In this document: positions 29,127 to 38,636 of the stretch, one piece after another
Layout: each line of letters begins with the position of its first letter
Position numbering within the stretch: position 1 is the stretch's first letter
Assembly: GCA_048885705.1 (NCBI GenBank)
Contig: JBHLLJ010000001.1
Coordinates: 8,544 to 72,543 of the forward strand
Direction: 5' to 3'
DNA length: 64,000 nucleotides
DNA from: Candidatus Hermodarchaeota archaeon
GTDB lineage: Archaea; Asgardarchaeota; Lokiarchaeia; Sigyniarchaeales; SOKP01
Translations under genes and position numbers: made by a program
The notes under the pieces: generated by a model
What the model saw: only the letters and a program-made list of their open reading frames with translations
What the model was told of the DNA's origin: nothing
The model's database searches: none

Positions 29127-30308
29127 ATGACAAATATTCTTATATTCTCTCCACTAAGTTTGAATTATGGACGAGGTGGAGAATTCTCCATAATAGAATT
29201 AGCCTCTTCACTCAAGAAATATTTTAATGTAACTTTAGTAGATACAAATAAAATTTTAGGAAAAGAAAGCAAAATATTGTCAAAAAAAATACTTAATGAT
29301 AAGTTAGAAGGTATTAAACGAGATGAATTTAAACTAGCGATAATTTCAATCTTTAATAAATATTTTTCAATTCCATATCCATACAGATTTCTTAAGTTAT
29401 TAAAAAGAGTTAAAGAGAGTGATGTTGTTATTTTTAGTATCAGTGGTATTGGAACAAATATAATCTTTCTTATTCTACGTCTTTTGACTGTAAGACCAAG
29501 ATTTATTGTAAGTCATAGAATACCATTGTACAGTTTTAAAAAGCATTCTTTTCATAATCTCAGATTAAAAATATCATTTGTTCTATTCACCATTTTTAAA
29601 AAAAGATTTTACCATCATACTATCTCATATAGAAGAAAAAAATTCTTAGAAGCATACTATAAACCCGACAAAGTTTTTCATATCAGACACTGTATAGAAC
29701 TGAATAAATTTCTTCAAGATTTTGAAGCTATTGATCAAGATAATTGTTTAAAATTTATATATGTAGGAAATCTTGATAGTGTGGATAAAGGTATTGATAT
29801 TTTAATACACGCAATAGAAAATATTTTAAAAGAAAATAAAACATTCAAGACTAAATTTGAGTTTTGTGGTAAAGGGCCACTAGAATCTAAAATCAAGGAT
29901 TTAGAAAGTAAATTCCCTAATCATGTGAAATTTAATGGATATGTGAGTTATAATGAAGTTCCCAAGTATTATGGAAAGAGTGATGTATTTTTATTCACTT
30001 CCCGTAGAGAAGCTTTTGGAAGAGTAATTATCGAAGCATTAGCATCAAAATTATTAATAATAAGCACAAAAACGATAGGATCTAATGAAATTTTAAAGGG
30101 AAAGGAATTTGCTTTTTTTTTAAACACATTAAATACATTAGAAATTGAAGCTACCATTAAAAAAGTCTATAATTTATGGGAGAATGAACCACAAAAGTTT
30201 AATAAATTAAAGAAATTAGCAAGAAGACATGCTCTTGAAAATTATGATTATTCACATGAACTTAGTGGCTTTGTTCAATTAATTAATTCAATTATTAAAA
30301 GACGTTAG
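29127..30308 (+). CDS. glycosyltransferase, GT-B fold (GT4-like)
   Basis: 393 aa. The C-terminal Glycos_transf_1-type region reads SDVFLFTSRREAFGRVIIEALASKLLIISTKTIGSNEIL (E-x7-E). Confidence 0.8.
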   Translation: MTNILIFSPLSLNYGRGGEFSIIELASSLKKYFNVTLVDTNKILGKESKILSKKILNDKLEGIKRDEFKLAIISIFNKYFSIPYPYRFLKLLKRVKESDVVIFSISGIGTNIIFLILRLLTVRPRFIVSHRIPLYSFKKHSFHNLRLKISFVLFTIFKKRFYHHTISYRRKKFLEAYYKPDKVFHIRHCIELNKFLQDFEAIDQDNCLKFIYVGNLDSVDKGIDILIHAIENILKENKTFKTKFEFCGKGPLESKIKDLESKFPNHVKFNGYVSYNEVPKYYGKSDVFLFTSRREAFGRVIIEALASKLLIISTKTIGSNEILKGKEFAFFLNTLNTLEIEATIKKVYNLWENEPQKFNKLKKLARRHALENYDYSHELSGFVQLINSIIKRR

Positions 30309-30696
30309 CTCTTTAAAGGATTGATTAAAATCACTACTTACAGTATTTAATTCAGAAGCAGAAATAATGATATTTTGCACTGTATATTCAGAAATCTTTC
30401 TAGGATACTTTATAAGTAAAATTTTCATCAATTTCTTTATTGAGAGTTTAAATTTATAATGAATTCATTTTGAAATTATTTTTGATTAATAGATTTTCGA
30501 ATATTTTTAGGGGTTAATTGATAAAAACATTTATAAATTAAAGAGAACAAGTAAAAAATTAAAAAATTGCTATAAATATATGAAACTTGTTTATTGAGTG
30601 GGTAAACAAACCAGTAAATGAAGAGGATAAAGTAAAAATTGTCAAAAATTAATATATCTGTAAGGGAATATTAAAGTAATAAATATAATTAGAATT

Positions 30697-31956
30697 ATGA
30701 GATTAGCTCTCTTATATTATGATAAATTTCCCCATTCAGGTGGAATCGGTTATGTAATTGAAGGTTTATATCGAAGTTTTAAGTATACTGGGCATAAATT
30801 ATTTCTTTTTAATCCCAATTATGAAGCAGTGACTGCTTTTCCAATCTTAAAAAAGAGATATCATTCAAGAAGAGATTTAATTGAACTTTTTCTTCATCCA
30901 AAGCTTATTAAAATGTTTATTGAATATTCATGGAAAATTATATCTAACGTTCGATTACCCGGTTCACATCGCTTAAGAATGTTATTATACTTAATCCTTA
31001 AACCAGACATCCTCTTAAATACTTTAAAGAATTCCATAGTTTTAATTCCAAAGTTGAGAAAATTAAATGTTGATATTTTAATAGGAGGCGCTTCAGATAA
31101 TTATACTATTACTCTGATCAATTTGCTTTCATTATTTCTCAATAAAAAATCTGTCTCCCTCGCTTATGGAAATGATTTTTTGGTGAGATCAAGGTATTCA
31201 TTGAAATCATATTATTATCAAAGTTTAAATTTAATATTTTTCGGAACAAATGTATTGAGAGACTTATTTCAAAAAATTCATCATTTTACTGATAAGAGTA
31301 GATTAAAAGTAATACCTTATGGGCTTATTTTAAAAGATTATAAATTAGATATTACAAAAAATGAATTGAGAAAAAGGTTCAATATATCTTCGCAAGATTT
31401 TGTTATGTTAAGCGTTGGTCGTCATGTTCCAAGAAAAAATTTTGATTTAGTGATAAAAGCTTTAAAGATAATTGTTGAATCAACACTCATAAAAAATATA
31501 AAGTATTACCTCATTGGGGAAGGGCCATCTACACCCGAATTGAAATCTCTTGTAAAAAAACTAGAATTAAACGATTTTGTAGAATTTCTAGGATTTACTC
31601 CCCGAGAGATGAGAAATTATTTTTATAAGTTATCTGATGTATTATTAATGCCATCTTTAGTAAAAAAAGAATCTATTGAAGGATTTGGAATAGTATTCAT
31701 TGAAGCAAATTTTTATAAAATCCCTGTTATTGGAGCCAGGACTGGAGGTATTATAGAAGCCATTATTGAAGGTGAAACAGGTTTACTGATAAAGCCTGGG
31801 GACGTAAATGATTTAGTAGAAAAAGTTACTTTTCTTTACAAAAATCCCGATGCTGCATTAAAGATGGGAGAAAGGGGTCATAAACGTGTTCTTGAGAAAT
31901 TTGATATTCTTAAAAATTCCAATATTTACTTAAAAGAATTTCTTATGTTAATGTAA
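30697..31956 (+). CDS. glycosyltransferase family 4-like (paralog of 39685-40947)
   Basis: 419 aa. Contains VGRHVPRKNF and PSLVKKESIEGFGIVFIEANFYKIPVIGARTGGIIEAIIEGETGLLIKPGD. Confidence 0.85.
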   Translation: MRLALLYYDKFPHSGGIGYVIEGLYRSFKYTGHKLFLFNPNYEAVTAFPILKKRYHSRRDLIELFLHPKLIKMFIEYSWKIISNVRLPGSHRLRMLLYLILKPDILLNTLKNSIVLIPKLRKLNVDILIGGASDNYTITLINLLSLFLNKKSVSLAYGNDFLVRSRYSLKSYYYQSLNLIFFGTNVLRDLFQKIHHFTDKSRLKVIPYGLILKDYKLDITKNELRKRFNISSQDFVMLSVGRHVPRKNFDLVIKALKIIVESTLIKNIKYYLIGEGPSTPELKSLVKKLELNDFVEFLGFTPREMRNYFYKLSDVLLMPSLVKKESIEGFGIVFIEANFYKIPVIGARTGGIIEAIIEGETGLLIKPGDVNDLVEKVTFLYKNPDAALKMGERGHKRVLEKFDILKNSNIYLKEFLMLM

Positions 31957-32406
31957 TAGTATTTTCAAATTTTAACAAAAGGCAATACAAATGTGCCGTA
32001 GAACGGATTTTTGAATTATTGATATAATAATAATATAGAAATTTTTTTTATCAAAATTGAAATAATTTTAGTATTTTAATTTTATATTTAAAAAACGGTA
32101 AATTAATGCTGTTAGAGTAACTTTTACTACATATCACTTGAGTCTAAAGAAAAAATCAAAGAAAGTTATGAACTGTGGATAAAAAATCCTAATAAAATAA
32201 TTACTTGGCAGAATTGCGCTGGAAATTATGCTATTTCGAATTATTCTTTTACTAATGACCTGATAAAATTTTAAAATTTAATTAAGAAAATAACTAAATC
32301 AATTAAATGAATAACTATTTTATAAAGAAAAAGTAGATATTTGAAAGTTTAAGATTTTTATTTATTAATTACTTGATTTATATATTCCCTATTATATTTA
32401 AAAAAG

Positions 32407-33522
32407 GTGATACAGAAGATAAGAGTTCTCTATGTTGCACCATATTTTACTACTAGACGAGGGGGTGAAAATGTATTAACAAATGAAGTTGGAGCTGTAA
32501 TAAGAAATTTCAAAAATGTGGAATTTTTAGTATATGCAGTTGGACGGGGAAATATAAAATGTAGCACATATCGTAAAAATATATTATATCTGGGTAAATC
32601 TCATAAGAATATTCGTTTTTTTTTAGATATGATTAAAATTTTTGTTAAATTCAAACCAGATATAATACACTCCCATTATGTCATTCCCTCCATAATAATG
32701 TGTATATTTGGAAAATTATTCAGAGTTCCATGTATTTTACACGGAAGGGCTGTGGATATTAATTATTGGCCATACTTTAAAATTAAAAGTAAAATTCTAT
32801 TTCTGATAACGGGTAAATTAAGTAATACTATTTTAACTGTGAGTAAAAGGATGAAATTGGATTGTTTAAGATTTAAAATTCCTTCGAAGAAAATTACAGT
32901 TATTTATAATGGAATTGATTCAGAACAATTCAAACCAATAAATAAAAATTTTTTCTCAAGGAATAGATCCTTAGAATTATTACATATTGGAACAATTTCT
33001 CATAGAAAATCACAAAATCTTATTATTGAAGCGTGTAGAATATTAAGAAGTAAAGGTGTAAATTTTCACTTAACTTTAATTGGAGATGGTCCTCAAAAGA
33101 AAGAGATCCTAGATTTAATTAATAAATATAGCCTAGAAAAATATGTAACTCTTTTAGGTACAATTGATCACAACATATTGCAAAATTATATGAAAAATTC
33201 AGATCTATTAGTCTTTCCCTCTACAACAGAAGGATTACCAAATGCTGTATTGGAATCAATGAGTATGCAATTACCGGTGATTTTAACCAGAGTAGATGGA
33301 CATATAGAGATATCCCAGAAAGAAGGAAGTGTTTTAATTGAAAAGGATAACGTAGATCAAATTGTTAATGGTATTTTAGACTATTATGATAATCCAAAGA
33401 AGATTGAAATAGGAGGGCGTATTAATAGAGACTTTATTGTCAATAATCTTAGTTGGGACAGACATGGTAACGAATTATATCAGATATACACTAGAATAAT
33501 AAAAAATAATAAGATGTTTTAA
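32407..33522 (+). CDS. glycosyltransferase family 4-like
   Basis: 371 aa with a GTG start. Contains HIGTISHRKSQN and FPSTTEGLPNAVLESMSMQLPVILTRVDGHIEI. Confidence 0.85.
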   Translation: MIQKIRVLYVAPYFTTRRGGENVLTNEVGAVIRNFKNVEFLVYAVGRGNIKCSTYRKNILYLGKSHKNIRFFLDMIKIFVKFKPDIIHSHYVIPSIIMCIFGKLFRVPCILHGRAVDINYWPYFKIKSKILFLITGKLSNTILTVSKRMKLDCLRFKIPSKKITVIYNGIDSEQFKPINKNFFSRNRSLELLHIGTISHRKSQNLIIEACRILRSKGVNFHLTLIGDGPQKKEILDLINKYSLEKYVTLLGTIDHNILQNYMKNSDLLVFPSTTEGLPNAVLESMSMQLPVILTRVDGHIEISQKEGSVLIEKDNVDQIVNGILDYYDNPKKIEIGGRINRDFIVNNLSWDRHGNELYQIYTRIIKNNKMF

Positions 33523-33685
33523 AATATTTTCTATAAAGTCTAGATAATTTAATTGTGTTATGTATTTCTTTTTTTCTAACCAATAGCTTTAGATAGAGTT
33601 ATTAATGAATTTAGTTGGAATAATATTTTTATGATTATATCAAAGTGATTGAAAATGTGCTAAAGAAAAATTAAATTGTAAAAAT

Positions 33686-34846
33686 TTAGAATTTAATTTT
33701 TCGAATGCTTCGAAATATTTTTTGCTTTTCTCTTGCAATATCTCCTTCTTTTAAAAGATTATAAAGTGAAAAGCCATTATTGCTTCTCACATCAATTTTA
33801 TTATCTGTTAGGTCATTAATAGTATTGATTAAATCAAATAAGGTTACTTTATGGTTGTAGATCCTTCCCCCAAATTCATTTCCTGGAAATTTTATAAATA
33901 ATGGAATAAATTTCTGTAATTTATAATCCCCATTATGATAAAATACTACATGATCCCATCTACAACAGTAAAATCTTCTAATATCTGGAATAAAAGAAAT
34001 TTTCGTTCTAATTTTGTTTAAAATCCTTTTGGTTAAGTTGTATAAATAATATAAACCATAATTACAATATTTACCAATATCACCAAGTCCTTCTCCATGA
34101 TCGGATGTAATTATAATTAATGAATCATTATAAATCCCAGTTTCTTGTAAGATTTTTATCATTTTCTTAATATATTTATTGAAAACTTCATATATTTGTT
34201 TTGAATAGATTTTTCTTACAAAATGTTCTGTTAATTCTTTTTTAACAATTCTCTTTATTAAGCTCGCTCCAATTTCTCGATAATTCTTACCAATTATTTT
34301 GTTTTGCAAGTATCTATTGATTTCATAATTATGATGTGTTTTCCAAAAGTGTAAAAACATAAAGTTTTTTTTTTCTTTATTAGTATGAATATAATTTTCC
34401 CATTCACTAGGTATGTTCATATTTTCATCATCAGCTGCACCATGATAATCTTTCAAATAACTACCAAATTTAGCCCTTTTCCAATTTTTCAAAGGTTGAA
34501 TTCCAAGATCTTTTATCATCTGTTCCTTTGTTGGGATTCTATGATTCTTTTTAGAAGTTTTAAATTCACTTTCAAAAGGATATCCTAACATAACAGCATA
34601 ATTACAATATGAACGACTTTTATAGCCTAAACTCTTTAATTGAGCCGGGAAGTTTTCATTTTCAGATTTATTGATATAGTCCCCAAAAAAGATAGTGTAA
34701 TGAGATAAAAATGTGGAAGTATAGATTGACCAACAATTATTAAAATCAACGAAATCAGTTTTTAGCTCAGGAAAATTATCTTTAATGTTATTAAAAATAA
34801 AATCCTTTCTTGCACTATCCAAGACAATTAGAAATATGTTGTTCAT
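33686..34846 (-). CDS. cytoplasmic sulfatase-fold / alkaline-phosphatase-superfamily protein lacking the C/S-x-P-x-R formylglycine motif
   Basis: 386 aa. Contains the N-terminal metal Asp (FLIVLDSARKD), the nucleophile region YTSTFLSHYTIFFGDY (Ser/Thr, no CxPxR), and ITSDHGEGLGD. No signal peptide or TM segment. Confidence 0.7.
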   Translation of the reverse strand: MNNIFLIVLDSARKDFIFNNIKDNFPELKTDFVDFNNCWSIYTSTFLSHYTIFFGDYINKSENENFPAQLKSLGYKSRSYCNYAVMLGYPFESEFKTSKKNHRIPTKEQMIKDLGIQPLKNWKRAKFGSYLKDYHGAADDENMNIPSEWENYIHTNKEKKNFMFLHFWKTHHNYEINRYLQNKIIGKNYREIGASLIKRIVKKELTEHFVRKIYSKQIYEVFNKYIKKMIKILQETGIYNDSLIIITSDHGEGLGDIGKYCNYGLYYLYNLTKRILNKIRTKISFIPDIRRFYCCRWDHVVFYHNGDYKLQKFIPLFIKFPGNEFGGRIYNHKVTLFDLINTINDLTDNKIDVRSNNGFSLYNLLKEGDIAREKQKIFRSIRKIKF

Positions 34847-35286
34847 TATAGGTTTGATCTTTAAAATATCTCAGAGAGTTATCTAATTATAAGAAATTAA
34901 ATAAATAAAATCTTTTTAATTAAAAAATTTAAGAATTTTAAGAATTTTTGGTTAAATATGAACAATCTCAATCCAATCCTAAATCAAATTTACTCAAATT
35001 ATATAATTTTGAATTTTTTCCAATATCTTTGTAACTGCTGTTCTATCTTCTGAACTATAAACAAAACTTTATGGAAAACAAAGATAAGTTCATAGTTTTA
35101 AACTGTGTTGATTTATTTTAAAAATTATTATTAAAAACAATTATTCTATTAAATAATGATTAATTAGAAATTATTAATAATAGTTAATTACTTAGATTTT
35201 AACCAGAATAAAAATAAATAATTAAGCTCATCATAAATTAGAAAAATTTACATTTATTTAATTATTGGACTAAAAGGATTCTACTT

Positions 35287-35655
35287 ATGAATTTCTCTAG
35301 AAATGAACTAGCTAGTTTTAAAGGAAAATTACGGGTATTATATTTCACACCTTTTTTCACATTAGAAAATACTAAATTTGATACTTATATGGCGAATGAA
35401 GTTAACTCTGTTGTTAAGAATTATCCAAATATAGAATCTTTGATATATCTAGTAGATCAACGCAAAAAAAGTGAAATAATTAAATATAATAAGAGAACAC
35501 TACAAATTATCAGGAGATCTTATAAAAATATTCTTACAGCTATTTCTCATCCATTCCATGTTTCCATATCTGTTATCTCTTTTACAATATTTCCAATTAT
35601 ATGTGTATATATCTTCAATATAATATATAAGAAATTGGGTATTACGAGGTATTAA
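35287..35655 (+). pseudogene. chimeric remnant ORF: GT4 N-terminal fragment fused to a duplicated ABC-2 permease C-terminal tail
   Basis: Residues 15-80 (LRVLYFTPFFTLENTKFDTYMANEVNSVVKNYPNIESLIY...) parallel the N-terminus of the GT at 32407 (IRVLYVAPYFTTRRGGENVLTNEVGAVIRNFKNVEFLVY...). The last ~37 aa (SHPFHVSISVISFTIFPIICVYIFNIIYKKLGITRY) nearly repeat the C-terminus of the permease at 36635-37456. Confidence 0.65.
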
Positions 35656-35806
35656 TTTGAATAAAGCTATTATAGAGACTTTTAATTTGTCCAAAATTTA
35701 TCATCTAAAAAATAAAAAGCTTATCCATGCCTTAGATAATGTAAATATTAGGGTAGATGAAGGAGAAAAATTTGGATTATTAGGACCAAATGGAGCTGGT
35801 AAAACT
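35525..35806 (+). repeat. direct repeat copy A (permease 3' end + ATPase 5' end)
   Basis: By eye it aligns base for base with 37326-37604 at an offset of 1801 bp (1800 after one indel near 35727). For example, ...tctcatccattccat...ccaattatatgtgt(a/g)tatatcttcaatataatatataagaaatt(g/a)ggtattacg(a/g)ggtattaatttgaata... is shared. Confidence 0.85.
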
Positions 35807-36571
35807 ACATTGATTTCTATTTTATCAACATTAATTCAACCTTCAAGTGGTTATGCAATTATTGATGGTTATAATGTTCTTAAAAATCCGAATAATATTA
35901 AAAATATAATTGCGTTAATGCTCGGAAATGATATGATCTACTATAGAATAACAGGTTATGCAAATTTAAAATTCTATTGTAAAGTATATGGTATAAAAGA
36001 TTATAAAAAAAAAATTGAAGACATAGCTAAAGAATTTGAATTGTATAATTGGCTTAATGAATACGTTGAGCGATATTCTTCAGGTATGAAATGTAAATTA
36101 TCACTTTGTAGAGTTTTACTTTCAGATCCCAAGATCTTATTTTTAGATGAACCTACATTAGGCCTTGACGTTAAAACTACAAAATTCATTATTGACAAGT
36201 TAAAAAAATCAGATAAAACAATTTTTCTAACAAGTCATAATATGGATGTAGTAGAAAAATTATGTGATAGAATTGCATTTCTTAACTATGGTAAGATCAT
36301 AAAACTGGGAACTAAAGAAGAACTTCGTGAACTACTACAAAAAGGAGTGAATGTCTTTATAGGTATTGTTGAAAATAAAAGAGATTTACAACAAGAATTA
36401 GAGCAGCAAAATTTTATAACAGATATAACTAATGAGAAAAAAGGACTTATCATAGAACTTTTAGAAAGAGATTACTATATTAAATTATTCCCTATTTTTA
36501 GCAAGTATAGAATTACCAAAATACAAGAATTAGAAATGTCTGTGGAAGATTTATTCTTGAAAATAGTTTAA
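35657..36571 (+). CDS. ABC transporter ATP-binding protein (ABC-2/DrrA-like) with ~80 aa C-terminal extension
   Basis: 304 aa with a TTG start. Contains Walker A GPNGAGKTT, the signature YSSGMKCKL, and Walker B ILFLDEPTLGLD. Confidence 0.9.
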   Translation: MNKAIIETFNLSKIYHLKNKKLIHALDNVNIRVDEGEKFGLLGPNGAGKTTLISILSTLIQPSSGYAIIDGYNVLKNPNNIKNIIALMLGNDMIYYRITGYANLKFYCKVYGIKDYKKKIEDIAKEFELYNWLNEYVERYSSGMKCKLSLCRVLLSDPKILFLDEPTLGLDVKTTKFIIDKLKKSDKTIFLTSHNMDVVEKLCDRIAFLNYGKIIKLGTKEELRELLQKGVNVFIGIVENKRDLQQELEQQNFITDITNEKKGLIIELLERDYYIKLFPIFSKYRITKIQELEMSVEDLFLKIV

Positions 36572-36634
36572 ACAATTATCATTATTTCAATTTTCAATTG
36601 TTTTATTATTTAGCAAACAAAAAGAGGAAAAATT

Positions 36635-37456
36635 ATGAAAATTAGAAAAAAAATTAAAAGAATTTTATCAAAAACTTTAGCGATTGCAGAAAAAAACGCA
36701 CGTACACAGTTTAGATTTAAATATAATGTTATTCTTCGGTGGTTCGTACCAATTATCACATTATTAATGTCAATTATTATCTTAGGTACATTTTTTGAGA
36801 ATAATATAGACGTTGGACCGTGGACACAGGAGAATTATTTAATTTTCATTTTTATTGGATATAATATCATGATCATGCAAAGTATGATAACTTATATTCC
36901 AAAATATTTATTACAAGAAAAATACTGGAAAACACTCCCTGCGCTTATAACGGCTCCATTCAACAGATTTTATTTATTATTTGGTTATATTCTTTCAGAA
37001 TATTTAGGGATTATTATACCTTTTACTATATTTTTCGTAATAATGCTTTTTATTCTGCCTATTTCAATACCAATATTATTAATAGTACTATTGATGTTTT
37101 TCGGTATTGGGATAATCTTTTCAGGATTAGGACTATTTTTAGGTGTATTTGCAATTTCAAATGAAAATTATCTGTATTTTTTTGATTTTGCTTCTAGACT
37201 TATTTTTTGGGTTAGTTGTATAACTTACCCTTTTCAATTATTTCCAGAAATTATTCAAAATATTATTCAAATAAATCCAATTTATTATATGATAGATATT
37301 ATTCGCCTAACCTGGATTGAAAATAATATAATACTTACCACAACCTCTCATCCATTCCATATTTCTATGTTTGTTATCTCTTTAATAATTTTTCCAATTA
37401 TATGTGTGTATATCTTCAATATAATATATAAGAAATTAGGTATTACGGGGTATTAA
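36635..37456 (+). CDS. ABC-2 type transporter permease
   Basis: 273 aa. About 6 hydrophobic helices are visible, and it lies immediately downstream of the ATPase, the usual ABC-2 exporter gene pair. Confidence 0.85.
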   Translation: MKIRKKIKRILSKTLAIAEKNARTQFRFKYNVILRWFVPIITLLMSIIILGTFFENNIDVGPWTQENYLIFIFIGYNIMIMQSMITYIPKYLLQEKYWKTLPALITAPFNRFYLLFGYILSEYLGIIIPFTIFFVIMLFILPISIPILLIVLLMFFGIGIIFSGLGLFLGVFAISNENYLYFFDFASRLIFWVSCITYPFQLFPEIIQNIIQINPIYYMIDIIRLTWIENNIILTTTSHPFHISMFVISLIIFPIICVYIFNIIYKKLGITGY

Positions 37457-37604
37457 TTTGAATAGAGCGATTATATAGATTTTTAACTAGTCCAAAATTT
37501 ATCATCTAAAAAATAAAAAGCTTATCCCTACATGGATAATGTGAATATTAAGGTGAATGAAGGTGAAAAATGAATTATAAGGACTAAATAGAGCAGGGGA
37601 ACCA
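37326..37604 (+). repeat. direct repeat copy B (permease 3' end + degraded ATPase 5' end)
   Basis: See copy A. Copy B carries substitutions that create in-frame stops (ttg aat aga gcg att ata TAG). Confidence 0.85.
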
Positions 37605-37800
37605 AAAAAATAGTTATTTTATAACATCATTGATACAGAATTATTGATCCAAATTAATACAAATTTTCATTGAAATTGATGAAAATAAGAATGAATTAAA
37701 AGGAGATTTGGAAAAACAAAATTTCATAACTAATGTAAATTTTTAAGCAAATATATTGAAAATTGAACTCGTGAGCTTGGAATATCTTAAAAATTTTTAA
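37458..37800 (+). pseudogene. degraded second copy of the ABC ATPase gene (5' end with stops, internal deletion, 3' remnant)
   Basis: The 5' 150 bp aligns to 35657-35806 but contains stops. After roughly 37650 the sequence is recognisably related to the 3' end of the intact ATPase: ...ENKNELKGDLEKQNFITNVN... against ...ENKRDLQQELEQQNFITDITN.... The Walker A-to-D-loop region is missing. Confidence 0.7.
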
Positions 37801-37814
37801 AATTTATCAATTTT

Positions 37815-38573
37815 TTACTTTTTTATTACTCCAATTCCTCCAGTACTTTGATTTCTATCATCAATGAACTCATCGAAATCAAAATTATATTTAATTTCTT
37901 CCCAAAATTTATGAACATCATTGGAGTTATACCCTAAGGGTACTATGTCATGAAAGCCAATCAGACCAGAGTTTTTTACAAGCGGATTATACATTTCAAA
38001 GTCCTTCTTAACACCCTTATAAGAATGATCCGCATCAATGAACAAAAAATCTAATTTTTCACCATTTAGGATTTTTCTAAGATGATATAGTGTCGATGCT
38101 TCGTGAGAATTTGCTCTTATTAATATTGTTTTTTGACTAGGTAATGAAATTCTCTTTATTAATGGAACTCTCCAATCAGAGTATATCCTCCATTTAGAAT
38201 TAGGACTTCCAATTTTTCCTTTAGGCATATCTATACTTATTAATATTGCGTCCTTTCGAGAAACTCTTGAGAATAAAAATAATGTTCCTCCATTTAGAGT
38301 TCCTATTTCAAGTATGTATTTCGGTTGGAGTCTTTTTACCTTTTGTAATAAAGATACTAATTCAGATGAAATTTGTTGTGTTTTTACAATTTTTTTCTGA
38401 GAAATAACAAAATCTACTAAGTTTGTTATATTACAATTATTAGAAATATTTTTGATTTTTATAAATAATAGAAATACATTAAGGACTTTTAAAATTTCTA
38501 AATATAAGATCTTAATTATATTTCCTCTTTGGTTAATTATATAATCCTTAATCCTAATAATGAGCTTTAACAT
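37815..38573 (-). CDS. class I SAM-dependent methyltransferase (CmcI/Methyltransf_24-like)
   Basis: 252 aa. Contains ILEIGTLNGGTLFLFS (motif I), ILISIDMP, and FLFIDADHSYKGVKKDFEMYNPLVKNSGLIGFHDI. Confidence 0.75.
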   Translation of the reverse strand: MLKLIIRIKDYIINQRGNIIKILYLEILKVLNVFLLFIKIKNISNNCNITNLVDFVISQKKIVKTQQISSELVSLLQKVKRLQPKYILEIGTLNGGTLFLFSRVSRKDAILISIDMPKGKIGSPNSKWRIYSDWRVPLIKRISLPSQKTILIRANSHEASTLYHLRKILNGEKLDFLFIDADHSYKGVKKDFEMYNPLVKNSGLIGFHDIVPLGYNSNDVHKFWEEIKYNFDFDEFIDDRNQSTGGIGVIKK

Positions 38574-38636
38574 CGTTATATTATTTCATTTTATTTACTT
38601 TTTGATATTTCAAATATACAATGCCTAGGGATTTAA

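Noticed and set aside
30300-30440. A minus-strand 46-codon ORF (MKILLIKYPRKISEYT...) overlapping the 3' end of the GT at 29127-30308.
   Set aside because: It is short, overlaps a supported gene end, and has no motif.
32100-32290. A start-less open frame of about 45 codons in the 450-bp spacer (…ESKEKIKESYELWIKNPNKIITWQNCAGNYAISNYSFTNDLIKF*), possibly a gene remnant.
   Set aside because: It has no start codon and no recognisable motif, and it is too short to separate from chance in AT-rich DNA.
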